Positions 45,463 to 55,012 of a stretch of DNA of 61,647 nt are shown here, one piece after another. The stretch covers positions 1 through 61,647 of the IMG/VR virus record IMGVR_UViG_3300024520_000072. One strand, 5' to 3'. Both the position numbers and the translations under genes were made by a program. Below the pieces are notes generated by a model. That model worked only from the letters and a program-made list of their open reading frames with translations, did not search any database and had not been told where the DNA came from. Every line of letters starts with the position of its first letter. Within the stretch, counting starts at the first letter, position 1. Origin of the DNA: a virus (lineage: Duplodnaviria; Caudoviricetes).

Positions 45463-47520
45463 CTACGTCTGGGTGATGTCTGGGAGGATCGTGTACTTCC
45501 CTTTGATGATCGTCCGGGTCTCCGGGACGTCGTCGATCTGCTCGACGTCGAAGAAATACTCCCCGGGGTCCTGGGTGTGGTTCACGATCGTCGGGCTGAA
45601 GGTGACGATCCCGGTCGTCGGAGCCGAGAAGTCTCCGTCTAGCTGGAAGAGGTTGGAGAGCGCGTCCGATGGCTCCTCGCTCGGGTCCACGGTCAGGGTG
45701 AACGAGTCGTAGTTCGTGAGGTCCAGCGCCGCGCCGTCCTCGTCCGTGAGAGCGAAGGAGAAGGACTTTGAGTCGCGCTTCGTCACCTCAATGTCGACCT
45801 CGACCGGGCTAATATCGAGCGTCTCTGCCACAGTGTCCTCCGTCGCCGGCCCACCTTCGGAGGGGGTCGGTAGTGGAACGGTCATAGTAGCGGCCGGGAC
45901 CGCAGTGGTCAGGGCGGCGTCCTGGACGGAGACCGTGGCCTCCGTGTCGGCAGTAGCGGCGGCGATCTCCGTGGAGACGATGGCGGCGGCGATCTCCGTG
46001 GAGCGCTCCGGGGTGGTGAGGGTCGCCGCGGGGACGGCCACGGCCTCCGGAGTGGTCCCCGGCCCGACCGTGAGGAGCGGGATCGAGGGCTGAGCGGCCT
46101 CCTGGGTGGCCTCTATGACGATCGTGCGGACCGCGTCGGCGAGCTGGGCGGTCGTCGTCACGTTGGCCAGGGCGGCCTCGACGATGGCCGTGGCGACCGG
46201 CAGGGTCATCGTAGGATCCGATACCTCCACGAGGTAGGCGACCAGATCCACGACCGCGTCCTCGACGGTCAGGGCGGCGTCGATCGTGAAGCTGAAATCG
46301 AACGAGGCGGCCAGCTCAAAGGCGTACCGGACGACGAGGACCGGCCCGTAGTAGTCGGTTCCGTCGACGTCCTGGGGCGTGGCGTGCTCGGCGGAGCGCC
46401 ACTGCCGGTCCTGGCCGGAGGTCGGAGGGTCGGGATCCTGGACCACCACGCCAGGCAGGAACGAGAAAGAGAGGACGTCGTTCCCGGCCCGAGCGTCGAG
46501 ACCGTCCTGGACCCAGGACGTGAAGTTCGTCAGTGTGACGTCGGGCGAGAGCAGCGTGTCGCCGAGACTGTACTGATCGCCAGCGACGAACTCGGGGAAG
46601 ACGAAGCCCTCGGAGGCAGAGCCAGCGGCGTCCCGGTCGCCGTTTCCGATCTTCTGCTCGACGCCGTGGATGTAGGACGGGCTCCCGAACGCCTGGATGG
46701 ATGGGCCGAACGACAGGCCGTTCTCTGCGCCGCCGTTTAGGATCGTGTCCATCCCGAAGAAGACCTCGCCCGCCGTGGTGTCGCTGAAGGACACCTCCAC
46801 GATCCGGACGTCGCCCGGCGCCGCAGCGATGGGAGCGGGTAGGACGAACTCAAACTCGACGACTGTGAATGGAAACACGCTCGGGAGATCGAGGACGTCT
46901 CGGTCGTTGGATGTGGCGAGGAGCGTGCCCTTCTTGTAGCTGCCAGACGCGCCGGTCGCCTCGTAGACCTTCGCAACGCACGTCCCAGTCGGAGCCGGGA
47001 CCGCCAGCCGCCGCATGAACATCGAGACGGTCTCAAGCTGCCCGTTGCCTCCCGTGTCTAGGACGAGGACCTGACCGACGGAGTCGCTTCCGTAGAACCC
47101 CTCGTGGACGTTGTGCTCGAAGGGGACCGTCGCAGTCGTGATCCCGAGCTGAGTCGAGGCCGTGTCACGGGCGCGACAGTTGTATTGGGCTTGCTGGTGG
47201 ATCGTCTCCGTCGTGCTGTCGACGTTGGGCGTCGTGCCGTCTTTGTAGCGCCAGATCCTGGAATCGAAGACGTCCGCGCTATTCGCGTCCGCCGTCAGAT
47301 AGATCCCGGCGGCCACAACGACGGCCCCGAGCGGGACCGCGGAGACGTCGAATTGAATGTTCGAGCCGATATCGAGCGCGATCTTCGCCGAGTCCTTCCC
47401 GACCCAGTCATAGGTCGAGCCGTAGACGGTCGAGTTCGTCGTCTGCGCGGCCGTGAAACGGACCTCGCTGGTCTGGACTGAGTTGATCGCCGACGACCTG
47501 ACGCAATAGGCAGTCGGCAT
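45463..47520 (-). CDS. Large putative adhesin or appendage protein
   Basis: DNRLRE/CBM-like FDVSAVPLGAVV.A; T/A/V/P-rich stalk; BppU-like C-terminus. Confidence 0.6.
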   Translation of the reverse strand: MPTAYCVRSSAINSVQTSEVRFTAAQTTNSTVYGSTYDWVGKDSAKIALDIGSNIQFDVSAVPLGAVVVAAGIYLTADANSADVFDSRIWRYKDGTTPNVDSTTETIHQQAQYNCRARDTASTQLGITTATVPFEHNVHEGFYGSDSVGQVLVLDTGGNGQLETVSMFMRRLAVPAPTGTCVAKVYEATGASGSYKKGTLLATSNDRDVLDLPSVFPFTVVEFEFVLPAPIAAAPGDVRIVEVSFSDTTAGEVFFGMDTILNGGAENGLSFGPSIQAFGSPSYIHGVEQKIGNGDRDAAGSASEGFVFPEFVAGDQYSLGDTLLSPDVTLTNFTSWVQDGLDARAGNDVLSFSFLPGVVVQDPDPPTSGQDRQWRSAEHATPQDVDGTDYYGPVLVVRYAFELAASFDFSFTIDAALTVEDAVVDLVAYLVEVSDPTMTLPVATAIVEAALANVTTTAQLADAVRTIVIEATQEAAQPSIPLLTVGPGTTPEAVAVPAATLTTPERSTEIAAAIVSTEIAAATADTEATVSVQDAALTTAVPAATMTVPLPTPSEGGPATEDTVAETLDISPVEVDIEVTKRDSKSFSFALTDEDGAALDLTNYDSFTLTVDPSEEPSDALSNLFQLDGDFSAPTTGIVTFSPTIVNHTQDPGEYFFDVEQIDDVPETRTIIKGKYTILPDITQT

Positions 47521-47522
47521 CG

Positions 47523-48146
47523 CTAGCGCCCGTCTGCGAAGCCCACGGGAGCCACACGTCTCTCGATGCTCTCCATGTATTCGGTGGGGCCATACTTGGG
47601 GTGGGGTCTGAAGTGGGTCTTGAAGACGAGGCCCCGCGCCTCGATCAGCTCGCGGAATCCTGGCACTTCAATGAGTCCCCACTGGTGGGTCGGGTCTTCG
47701 CCGGCCCTCTGGTCCGGGAAGGTCCACTTCCGGATCCGAGTCTTCCCGCCTCCTCTCATCTCAAGCGGGACGCTCAGGAGGTAGCTTCCGATCTCCGCCA
47801 CCTTCTTGACGTAGTTCGGATCCTTGACGTGGAGCAGACACGGCGCCATCTGGACGTTCACGTCCCAGAGTCCGGGCTTCAGCGAGCGCGTCTGGAAGCC
47901 GATCAGAGACCAGGAGCCGTAGAACTTCCCGTCGCGCCTGAGAGCGAAGACGTTGATCGCGTTCTGGGGCTCGGGCTTACTGTCGGCGCGGCACGTCTTT
48001 AGCCTCTCGCCACGGCCCCGCTGGATTATCATGGCGTTCTCCCAGCGCTCCTCCCAGGCGTGGACCCTCTCTGCCAGCCTCCGGTCGCCGCCAACATCCA
48101 CCAGCGCCCAGGGACCGAAGCGGATCGTCTCGAATCGTGCGGCCAT
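47523..48146 (-). CDS. Hypothetical protein
   Basis: AGGAGG RBS. Confidence 0.65.
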   Translation of the reverse strand: MAARFETIRFGPWALVDVGGDRRLAERVHAWEERWENAMIIQRGRGERLKTCRADSKPEPQNAINVFALRRDGKFYGSWSLIGFQTRSLKPGLWDVNVQMAPCLLHVKDPNYVKKVAEIGSYLLSVPLEMRGGGKTRIRKWTFPDQRAGEDPTHQWGLIEVPGFRELIEARGLVFKTHFRPHPKYGPTEYMESIERRVAPVGFADGR

Positions 48147-48157
48147 GGGGGGGCCTC

Positions 48158-48571
48158 CTATGCCCAGTTCATGTCGAGGGCTTGAATCGGGAATAGCGCC
48201 TGTTGTCCGCTCGTGATGTCGGCGGAGTCATCTAGGGCCGTGCGGCCAAAGTAGGGCGTCGAGTCCGTGAGGTGGCCGATCAGAGCGATCCACCCGACGT
48301 CCCCCCAGTCAGCCGTCGCCACACCGAAATCGATCACGACGTTATTGGACCGTGAGACGGGAGGGGACGTGCCCAGGGTCACATACAGCATATTGTCAGT
48401 AAGAAGCTGTCGCTCGTAGCTGCCTCCGGACACCTCGACCCCGCCCAGTGACGTGTAGCCTGGGTCCGACAAGAACAAGCCAGCGTAGAGCGCCGCCGGG
48501 GCCGTGTAATCAATTGCGTCGACTAGATGTCGAGACAGCGCGTACCCGTAGATCCTGGACGCATCCGACAT
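48158..48571 (-). CDS. Small phage fiber/structural protein
   Basis: LY.GLF.SDPG, EVSGGSY.RQ, F..ATADWG.V motifs. Confidence 0.75.
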   Translation of the reverse strand: MSDASRIYGYALSRHLVDAIDYTAPAALYAGLFLSDPGYTSLGGVEVSGGSYERQLLTDNMLYVTLGTSPPVSRSNNVVIDFGVATADWGDVGWIALIGHLTDSTPYFGRTALDDSADITSGQQALFPIQALDMNWA

Positions 48572-48580
48572 CGGCGCCTC

Positions 48581-49987
48581 CTACTCGTCGGGCTCTGGTT
48601 CTGGCGGCGGTTCCGGAGGCAGTAGGTCGTCCAGCTCGTCCTCGCCGCCACCTCGTCCTGAGGCGTCCACCTCGTCCTCCTCTGGAGCGTCCGGGAGCCC
48701 CATGAGGGAGCGGACCACGTTGATCGCCGGATCGTCCGGGCCGAGTGGGGCGCCGGCCGTCGCGAGGTCTCCCAGGGCCGCCGTGAGTTGTTCGACATCG
48801 CGGAATTGCATCTCCTCCGGGGTGAGCGTCGGCCACAGATCTCGGGCGATCCCGTTGAGAGTGCAGATCGTCTCCACGAGGTCGGTCTGGTATGCCTGGG
48901 CCAGCTCGGTCAGCGCGGAGTCGATCACGACGGCGAGCTGGTGAGACTTGTCCCTGGCCAGCGCGAGGGAACCGACGTTCGCCCCTCCCAGGAGGATCCC
49001 CTCGGTCCCGAAGAGCCTGGCGATCTCTCTCTGGAGCCGCTCGACCGCGGCCGCAATCGCCTGGAGGCTCATGGATCCGCTTCCCGTCAGTAGCTCGACG
49101 TCCCACAGAGGGACGCCGCTCGGCGCTTTGGTCTCGCCCTGGTCGCGGTAGGTCGCGGAGTCGAGCATGACCCCGGTCTCCACTGAACGGATGTGCTGAG
49201 TCACGAAGTCCGTCAGAGGCTGGAGGATCGCGACCCGCTCGGCCTCCGTGATCTTCTTGATCCGCTTCATCTCGTCGAGGACGCCGTAGGGCGCTCGCGC
49301 CTTCGGGACACCCTGGAGGTCGGTCTCGAAGCCGACCGTCTCCAGTTGCTGGTAGCGCTGGAGGCGTGTCGCGGTCTCCGTGAGCTGCCGCGCGATGCCC
49401 AGGCCCTCTGGAGAGTCCGAGAGGGAGTCGTCGACCACGTAGGCGATCTTGGTCCTCGGCAGGTAGGCGAGCTTCTGGGTCGCCGGCATGAGCTGGACGA
49501 CGCCCACGACATGACCGGAGTCGTCGGTGTCCCAGCGCTCGATCGTGTGGGCCGGCCTGGCCTCGACATCGAGGAGGCCGATCTTCCCGTCGTCCCGCTT
49601 CTTCGCCGTCCACTCCTGGATCCCGAAGCCCCAATAGCGATACATGAGCCCGCGGCGGACGACCTGAGCCCAGGGCGTCCTCATGTCGCGGAGGACGTCG
49701 TCGACGAACTCGGCGGTCTCCACGGCGGCGGGCGTCTCGTCAGCGGCCTCCAGCGTCCACTTCGCCGACTGTCCGAGGTTCAGGTAGTAGCGGACCGAGG
49801 CCGCCACGACGTCGACGTTCACGAGATGGTCGGAGAAGGTCTTCCAGCGCGCGGTCCCTTGGACCTTGGCGTTCGTCTCATTGCGCTCGATGAAGCCCGA
49901 GAGGACGACGGTCCCGGAGGATCCGACTGTCTCGGTCGGACGGACCCGGCGGCGTAGCCGGCCGAGCCCGAAGAGTCCGTTCGCCAT
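48581..49987 (-). CDS. Portal protein (DUF935-like)
   Basis: After TerL; YWGF...E, GS.ALA, LNG...WP.L motifs. Confidence 0.85.
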   Translation of the reverse strand: MANGLFGLGRLRRRVRPTETVGSSGTVVLSGFIERNETNAKVQGTARWKTFSDHLVNVDVVAASVRYYLNLGQSAKWTLEAADETPAAVETAEFVDDVLRDMRTPWAQVVRRGLMYRYWGFGIQEWTAKKRDDGKIGLLDVEARPAHTIERWDTDDSGHVVGVVQLMPATQKLAYLPRTKIAYVVDDSLSDSPEGLGIARQLTETATRLQRYQQLETVGFETDLQGVPKARAPYGVLDEMKRIKKITEAERVAILQPLTDFVTQHIRSVETGVMLDSATYRDQGETKAPSGVPLWDVELLTGSGSMSLQAIAAAVERLQREIARLFGTEGILLGGANVGSLALARDKSHQLAVVIDSALTELAQAYQTDLVETICTLNGIARDLWPTLTPEEMQFRDVEQLTAALGDLATAGAPLGPDDPAINVVRSLMGLPDAPEEDEVDASGRGGGEDELDDLLPPEPPPEPEPDE

Positions 49988-49990
49988 GCG

Positions 49991-52618
49991 TCACCCCCCT
50001 CGGATGATCTGCGGCGCCGAGGGCACCACGTCCTGGCCTTCGATTAGGATGGCGCGAGCATAGGCCCTAGAGGCAGCGTCGACGAGGTCCTTGAAGTCGG
50101 ATCTAGGGAAGCGAGTCGCCTCGGCGATGAAGGTGGCCGTCCAGGGGCCGCGGACGAGGTAGAGGTTCCCGTTCTCGGACTGAGCGGCGAGCGTCCTCGC
50201 GCGGGCCTCCTTCGAGCCCGTCTCCGTCGACGAGTGGACCTCGTAGCCCTGGAGCTTCCCGGCCAGGTAACTCTTCTGGCTCTTCCCGGCCTGTCCTGGG
50301 TCCTGGGGGAAGTCGATCACGACGCCATAGCCGTCGATCTCGGCCGTGTCCTCCATCCAGGTCTCGACCTTCCCTGGCGTCCCCTTCATCCGGTCGGCGT
50401 CGGAGATGTAGACGTTCCCGTCCAGGACGGCGATCTTCGTGTTCGCCGAGTAGGCGCTCGATGCGTCCTCGGAGGCCGCGAGGTCGTACCCCCGGCAGAA
50501 GGCCAGGCCGGGCGGGAGTTCGGAGAACTCGATGAGCTGGAAGTCCTTCTTCTGGAACATGCCGCCGCCGCGAGGCGTGGGGCTCTGGTCGAGCTGGCTG
50601 GACTCGGCGTAGCTCCCGCCGAAGGCTCGGAGAGGGGCCTTTAGCTTCTTCTCGACGGCCTGGCGACTGAAGCGCTCGGGCGCGAGGAGCTGATCCTTCC
50701 GCTTCCTCCAGTCCTGGCTCGTGAGGAGGCGGACCGGGCCGACCTTCTCCGCTCCGTCCGGGATCGGGGTCTTCGCGTCGAGCCACGTCGGGATCGGGAG
50801 GTCCTGGGTGTGGACGAGGCGGACCCGGCGCCTCGGGACGCCCTTCCTGGGGACGGTCGTGAAGCAACGACGGCCCGGGGTGAACTCCATCGGGAGGCAA
50901 TTCCCAGAGATCGAGACGCGGCCATTCCTGCGGACGACGAGAGCGGTCGACGGAACCGAGACGCAATGGACCTCCCCGTCGTAGTCGCGCCTCGTGGTGT
51001 GGCGCTTCCCGATCTTCGACCATGATTTTCGCGGCCTCCCCGGCTTCTTCGATCGACGGAGAGTTAGGAAGTGCATCGGCTCGCCGTGCTGGGCCCTCGT
51101 GACGGCCGAGGAGGCCCATCCGACCTTCAAGGCCGCCTCCTGGAGATCGTCGATCATGCCACGGGATCGAGACGAGATGGATGGCCTGTCGCCCCGGATC
51201 CCTCCTCGGTGGCCGTCTCCGTCGATGTACGCCTCCAGGAACGCCCAGAGATTCTCTGGCCCCATTTCCAGGAGCGCCCGGGGTGCCATCTTCGTCCAGG
51301 ATGATCCGAGAGGGCGGAGCGACCGAGCCAGGGCCTTCGATCCGATCGTGAAGTAGGCGCGGCGGCCGTCGGGGCGCTCGTTGTATCTGAACGGGAACGG
51401 GGACCGCTCCAGGATCTCGCGAATCCGTTCGGCCTTCGGCCCGATGTTCTGGGCGATCGAGGTGTAGCCGCCGGAGACCGAGGCGTTCCCCTCCGAGAGG
51501 TACCACCCCAGGAACTCCGCATAGGTCCGCGGGTCCCAGATCCGGCCCCCGAGTCGGACCGGCTTGTCGACTCCCTCCCATGATCCGAGGGCCTGGGGAA
51601 GGTAGAAGTCCTGGGGGAGATCCTCGGCGCTCCGGACCCTCCAAGTCCCAGGGCCGTCATTCGAGTCGGCGTAGACCATCCGGTGATCCGGAGTCACCAC
51701 GAGATCCGCCGTCATGGACGAATACTCAATAACCGGCCCCTGGTATCGCTTTCGGAGATGTCCCGTAGGCCGCTCCCATCGTCCCGCCAGAGTCACAGGA
51801 TCGACCCCCATCACCAGAGCGCTCCTCGGGAGATCCCGGAAGAGAGTCCAGCCGGCCGGCGTGAGGACCTCCGTCCGATCGTCATAACAGAGCCACTCGT
51901 AGCCCAGCTCCTCCCGGAGGATCAGGCCGGAGACGTCGGACTCGTGGGTCCTCTGCTGGATCACGACGATCGCGCTCTTGTCGATGTCGTTCAGCCTGGT
52001 CGGCAGGACCTCGGAGAACCAGAACAGGATGTCGTCCCGGATGACGTCGCTCTCGACCGTCTTCACGTTGTTCGGGTCGTCGACGATGAGGAAGTCCCCG
52101 CGCTCCCCCATCCCGACGCCGCCGACCGAGGTGGCGAGCTTGAAGCCGTGGTGGTTCGTGTGGTAGAGCGAGTCCGCGAAGGAGACGAGCTTGAAGCGGT
52201 CCCCCCAGTTCCGCCGATAGATCGGGGACTGGAGGAGGATCTTCGCCTTCCTGGAGTCGCGCCTGGTGAGGGCCTGGGCGTAGCTGAAGCCGACGAAGCG
52301 CTTGTCCGGCATGTCCCGGGGACCCCAGACCCAGGTCGGGAAGAAGACGTCCGAGAGGAGGCTCTTCGAGAAGCCCGGCGGGACGTTCATGAGGAGCCGG
52401 GGGATGTGGCCGGCCGCGACGGCCTCCAGGTGGTCGCAGATCGCGTCCCAGGACCGGCCCCGGACGAGGGGCTGGCGCGGCTCCAGGGTCTTCCACATGA
52501 GCGAGCCGTAGTCGGAGAGACTGTTCTCGGCCTTCAGGCGCTCGGCCTCGCAGAGGAAGCCCTGGGGATCCTCCCGGACGGCCTCCAGGAGTTCGGGGTC
52601 GAGCGCGGGCGCGGCCAC
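49991..52618 (-). CDS. terL: Terminase large subunit (intein-containing)
   Basis: NVPPGFSKS, IVDDPNN, QQRTHESD, YDLAAS, QDPGQAGK, D.VDA. Confidence 0.95.
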   Translation of the reverse strand: MAAPALDPELLEAVREDPQGFLCEAERLKAENSLSDYGSLMWKTLEPRQPLVRGRSWDAICDHLEAVAAGHIPRLLMNVPPGFSKSLLSDVFFPTWVWGPRDMPDKRFVGFSYAQALTRRDSRKAKILLQSPIYRRNWGDRFKLVSFADSLYHTNHHGFKLATSVGGVGMGERGDFLIVDDPNNVKTVESDVIRDDILFWFSEVLPTRLNDIDKSAIVVIQQRTHESDVSGLILREELGYEWLCYDDRTEVLTPAGWTLFRDLPRSALVMGVDPVTLAGRWERPTGHLRKRYQGPVIEYSSMTADLVVTPDHRMVYADSNDGPGTWRVRSAEDLPQDFYLPQALGSWEGVDKPVRLGGRIWDPRTYAEFLGWYLSEGNASVSGGYTSIAQNIGPKAERIREILERSPFPFRYNERPDGRRAYFTIGSKALARSLRPLGSSWTKMAPRALLEMGPENLWAFLEAYIDGDGHRGGIRGDRPSISSRSRGMIDDLQEAALKVGWASSAVTRAQHGEPMHFLTLRRSKKPGRPRKSWSKIGKRHTTRRDYDGEVHCVSVPSTALVVRRNGRVSISGNCLPMEFTPGRRCFTTVPRKGVPRRRVRLVHTQDLPIPTWLDAKTPIPDGAEKVGPVRLLTSQDWRKRKDQLLAPERFSRQAVEKKLKAPLRAFGGSYAESSQLDQSPTPRGGGMFQKKDFQLIEFSELPPGLAFCRGYDLAASEDASSAYSANTKIAVLDGNVYISDADRMKGTPGKVETWMEDTAEIDGYGVVIDFPQDPGQAGKSQKSYLAGKLQGYEVHSSTETGSKEARARTLAAQSENGNLYLVRGPWTATFIAEATRFPRSDFKDLVDAASRAYARAILIEGQDVVPSAPQIIRGG
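50900..51889 (-). mobile_element. Intein with LAGLIDADG homing endonuclease (330 aa)
   Basis: YEWL/CYDDRTEVLT, VTPDHRM, FLGWYLSEG, FLEAYIDGDG, ISGN/CLPMEF. Confidence 0.9.
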
Positions 52619-53155
52619 CTAGTGGACCTTCTCGTCGTCCCTGGCCGGCGCGTCCGACATCTCGGAGACGGCCCCCATCTGGCCCAGGGCGAGGGCGAGA
52701 GCTTCGAGCCCCTTGGCGTCCATCTTCTGGACGGCGGCCCTGGCCGTGTGGTTCACCTCGACGGCGCCCGTCACCTCTAGGGCCGTGGGCTTCACCCAGA
52801 GCCGGGACGTCAGGATCTCCATGAGCTGGGGATCGTGGTCCGCCCGAAGCGACCCGGAGAGGATCTTCCGACAGAGAGCCTCCATCTTCGGCATGACCCG
52901 GCCGTCCGTGGTGCGGGCCTCTTCGGCGAGGATCCGCTCCATGGTCGTCTTCATCGAGTGGGCGCCCTTCTTCCGGCCGCCCGGGTTCCCGCTCTGTCCG
53001 GGCTTGAACTGGGCGGCCAGGAACTCGGGGGAGAAGTCCTGCTCTGGCGCCAGGATCTCGTCGGGCTCCAGGACCTCGCCCTGGGAGCGCGTCTTCCGGG
53101 CGCCCTTCTTCCTGGAGGCCTTCGCCTTGAGTCTCTTCCGGTTCGTCTTCGTCAT
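52619..53155 (-). CDS. Terminase small subunit (DUF5681-like)
   Basis: FKPGQSGNPGGR; adjacent to TerL. Confidence 0.8.
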   Translation of the reverse strand: MTKTNRKRLKAKASRKKGARKTRSQGEVLEPDEILAPEQDFSPEFLAAQFKPGQSGNPGGRKKGAHSMKTTMERILAEEARTTDGRVMPKMEALCRKILSGSLRADHDPQLMEILTSRLWVKPTALEVTGAVEVNHTARAAVQKMDAKGLEALALALGQMGAVSEMSDAPARDDEKVH

Positions 53156-53206
53156 GAGCCGAGGATCCCTAGCCCGGCCCCCTGCTCTGAGGGCTCGGGG
53201 TGTAGG

Positions 53207-54172
53207 TTAGCGGGGACGGCACTCGAAGCCCGTGAAGCTCGCCTTCGGGGCCTTCCGGACCCGGAAGAAGCGGTCCAGGATGGCCTTCCACTCTGCGGGG
53301 CTCTTCGCTGTCCTGCCTCCTACGGCGGCGGTCCCTGAGAGCTTCGGGTCGGAGAGGACGGCGACGAGCGCGATCGCCTTCGGCTCCAGGAGGCGGGCGA
53401 TCAGGGCCAGGATGAGGTCGATCAGGTGGTCGGAGGGCTGGACGTTCAGGACGTAGTTCGACATGACGACGTCCCACGACTCCAGGAGCGGAGCGGGGTC
53501 CGGGGCGTAGAAGGCGTCGTAGCGGGAGAACTCGTGGACGTCCTGGCCGGCGCCGAAGTCCAGGACGCGGCCCTTCTCCAGGTGGCCGAGGGCCTTCCAG
53601 TGGGCGAGGGGGGCGGAGCCCCGGACGAGGGAGGTCGCGGCGCCGTAGTCCTCCGGGCGGCGGTTCACGGTCCGCGGCGTATCTGCCAGCTCGATCGCCT
53701 CCATGTCCTCCAGGATGAGGTCGTCGTCATCCACGAGGTCGTCCATCTCGGACTCAGAGAGGCCCGTGAGGGTGAGGTCCCCGTCTCCGTCCTCGATCTC
53801 CACCACGAGGGCCTGGAGCTTGCGTTCGTCCCAGTCTCCGCCGATCCGATTGAGGGCGACGTTCAGGAGGCGCTCGTTCACCTCGTCGAGGTCGACCGTC
53901 ACGTAGGGGAAGGCCTCCAGGCGTTCCGCCATAGCGGCCCGGAGTCTCATGTGGCCGCCGACGATCCTCCTGGTCCGGAGATTGATGACGACCGGCTCGA
54001 CGGTCCCCCAGCGGCGGATCGAGCGGCGGAGGTTCCGGAACTCGCGGCGGTCCCAGGTCCTGGGGTTGTAGTGGGCGCCCATCTGGACGCCGATCTGGAC
54101 TGGCAGGGTGGGGTAGCTTGTCCGGGTGTCGACGAGGGCGAAGCCCTCAGGAGAGGCGGGCGGCGTGGTCAT
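53207..54172 (-). CDS. ParB/Srx domain fused to a class I SAM methyltransferase
   Basis: YNPR, IVGGHMRL, LN.I.G.WD; VLDFGAG, DVV..NYVLNV. Confidence 0.8.
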   Translation of the reverse strand: MTTPPASPEGFALVDTRTSYPTLPVQIGVQMGAHYNPRTWDRREFRNLRRSIRRWGTVEPVVINLRTRRIVGGHMRLRAAMAERLEAFPYVTVDLDEVNERLLNVALNRIGGDWDERKLQALVVEIEDGDGDLTLTGLSESEMDDLVDDDDLILEDMEAIELADTPRTVNRRPEDYGAATSLVRGSAPLAHWKALGHLEKGRVLDFGAGQDVHEFSRYDAFYAPDPAPLLESWDVVMSNYVLNVQPSDHLIDLILALIARLLEPKAIALVAVLSDPKLSGTAAVGGRTAKSPAEWKAILDRFFRVRKAPKASFTGFECRPR

Positions 54173-54437
54173 GGCCCGAGAGTGGCCCAGGAGGCCCTGG
54201 GCGTCCACCTGGGAGGGCCCATATACCAGCGGGCCGGGTGTTTTGCGGTCCTGAGGAGGAGCTGAGGGGCACGGGACGAAAGGTCTATATACCTGGATGC
54301 GCGGGGGTCAGGCCAGGGGTGACCCGTTGATAACTCCGACCAGGACCATGCACCCCGATCGATGCCATAAGCTCCGCGCCGCGCGCACGCTCGGCTACCG
54401 GGTGCCATACCAACCAGTCCCCGCGCATCCATTGAAC

Positions 54438-54851
54438 TCAGTCCGGGCTCTCCTCCCCCAGCCGCCCGACGAGCCAGTCCGACATCCTCTCGCTCTCTTC
54501 CCGGATCTGCGCCTGGAGCGCTTCGGCTCCGCTCAGGTCCATCGCCTCTTCTGCCACGATGACCCGGAGAACGTCATTGATACGCATGGCGACGCCGAAG
54601 CGCTGGAGCTTGGCGAAGGCCAGCGCGGCCTCGTGGAGCTTCCGTAGGGCCTGGACCTCGGGCGATTCCACTGTTCCCATCTGCTCCTCCGTTTCCGGCT
54701 CCCAGCCGGGGTAGGCGTTCGCGCTCGTACTCATATCGATACAGGATCGGCACGCGGGGGAATCGAAGGGCGTGATCGCGAAGGAGAGGGTCCCGTGCTC
54801 CGTGTGCTTACAGGTCGTGCAATTCTGCCCGCCGTTCAGGGTGTCCGTCAT
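54438..54851 (-). CDS. Hypothetical protein
   Basis: CTTC...CRSC. Confidence 0.65.
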   Translation of the reverse strand: MTDTLNGGQNCTTCKHTEHGTLSFAITPFDSPACRSCIDMSTSANAYPGWEPETEEQMGTVESPEVQALRKLHEAALAFAKLQRFGVAMRINDVLRVIVAEEAMDLSGAEALQAQIREESERMSDWLVGRLGEESPD

Positions 54852-55012
54852 GGCGCCAGGACCTCGGCGATCCGCTCCAGGGCGATCCTGGTGAGCTTCA
54901 GCTCGTCGATAGCCGCTCCGAGCTTGATCGCGACCGCGATGGCGGCCGCAGCGACGACGATCGCGACCACGATGGACCAGGAGAACATCCCGCGGAGTTC
55001 CGCATTCGTCAC
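54848..55012 (-). CDS. Small membrane protein
   Basis: Single TM; coupled on both sides; start uncertain. Confidence 0.55.
   Translation of the reverse strand: MTNAELRGMFSWSIVVAIVVAAAAIAVAIKLGAAIDELKLTRIALERIAEVLAP

Noticed and set aside
53207-54172. ParB as evidence for a plasmid-prophage partition system
   Set aside because: No ParA and no HTH after the ParB domain; ParB/Srx fusions beside terS are common in phages
54360-54405. sigma54 promoter at TGGCAC/TGGCAT sites
   Set aside because: GG-to-GC spacing is not the required 10 nt
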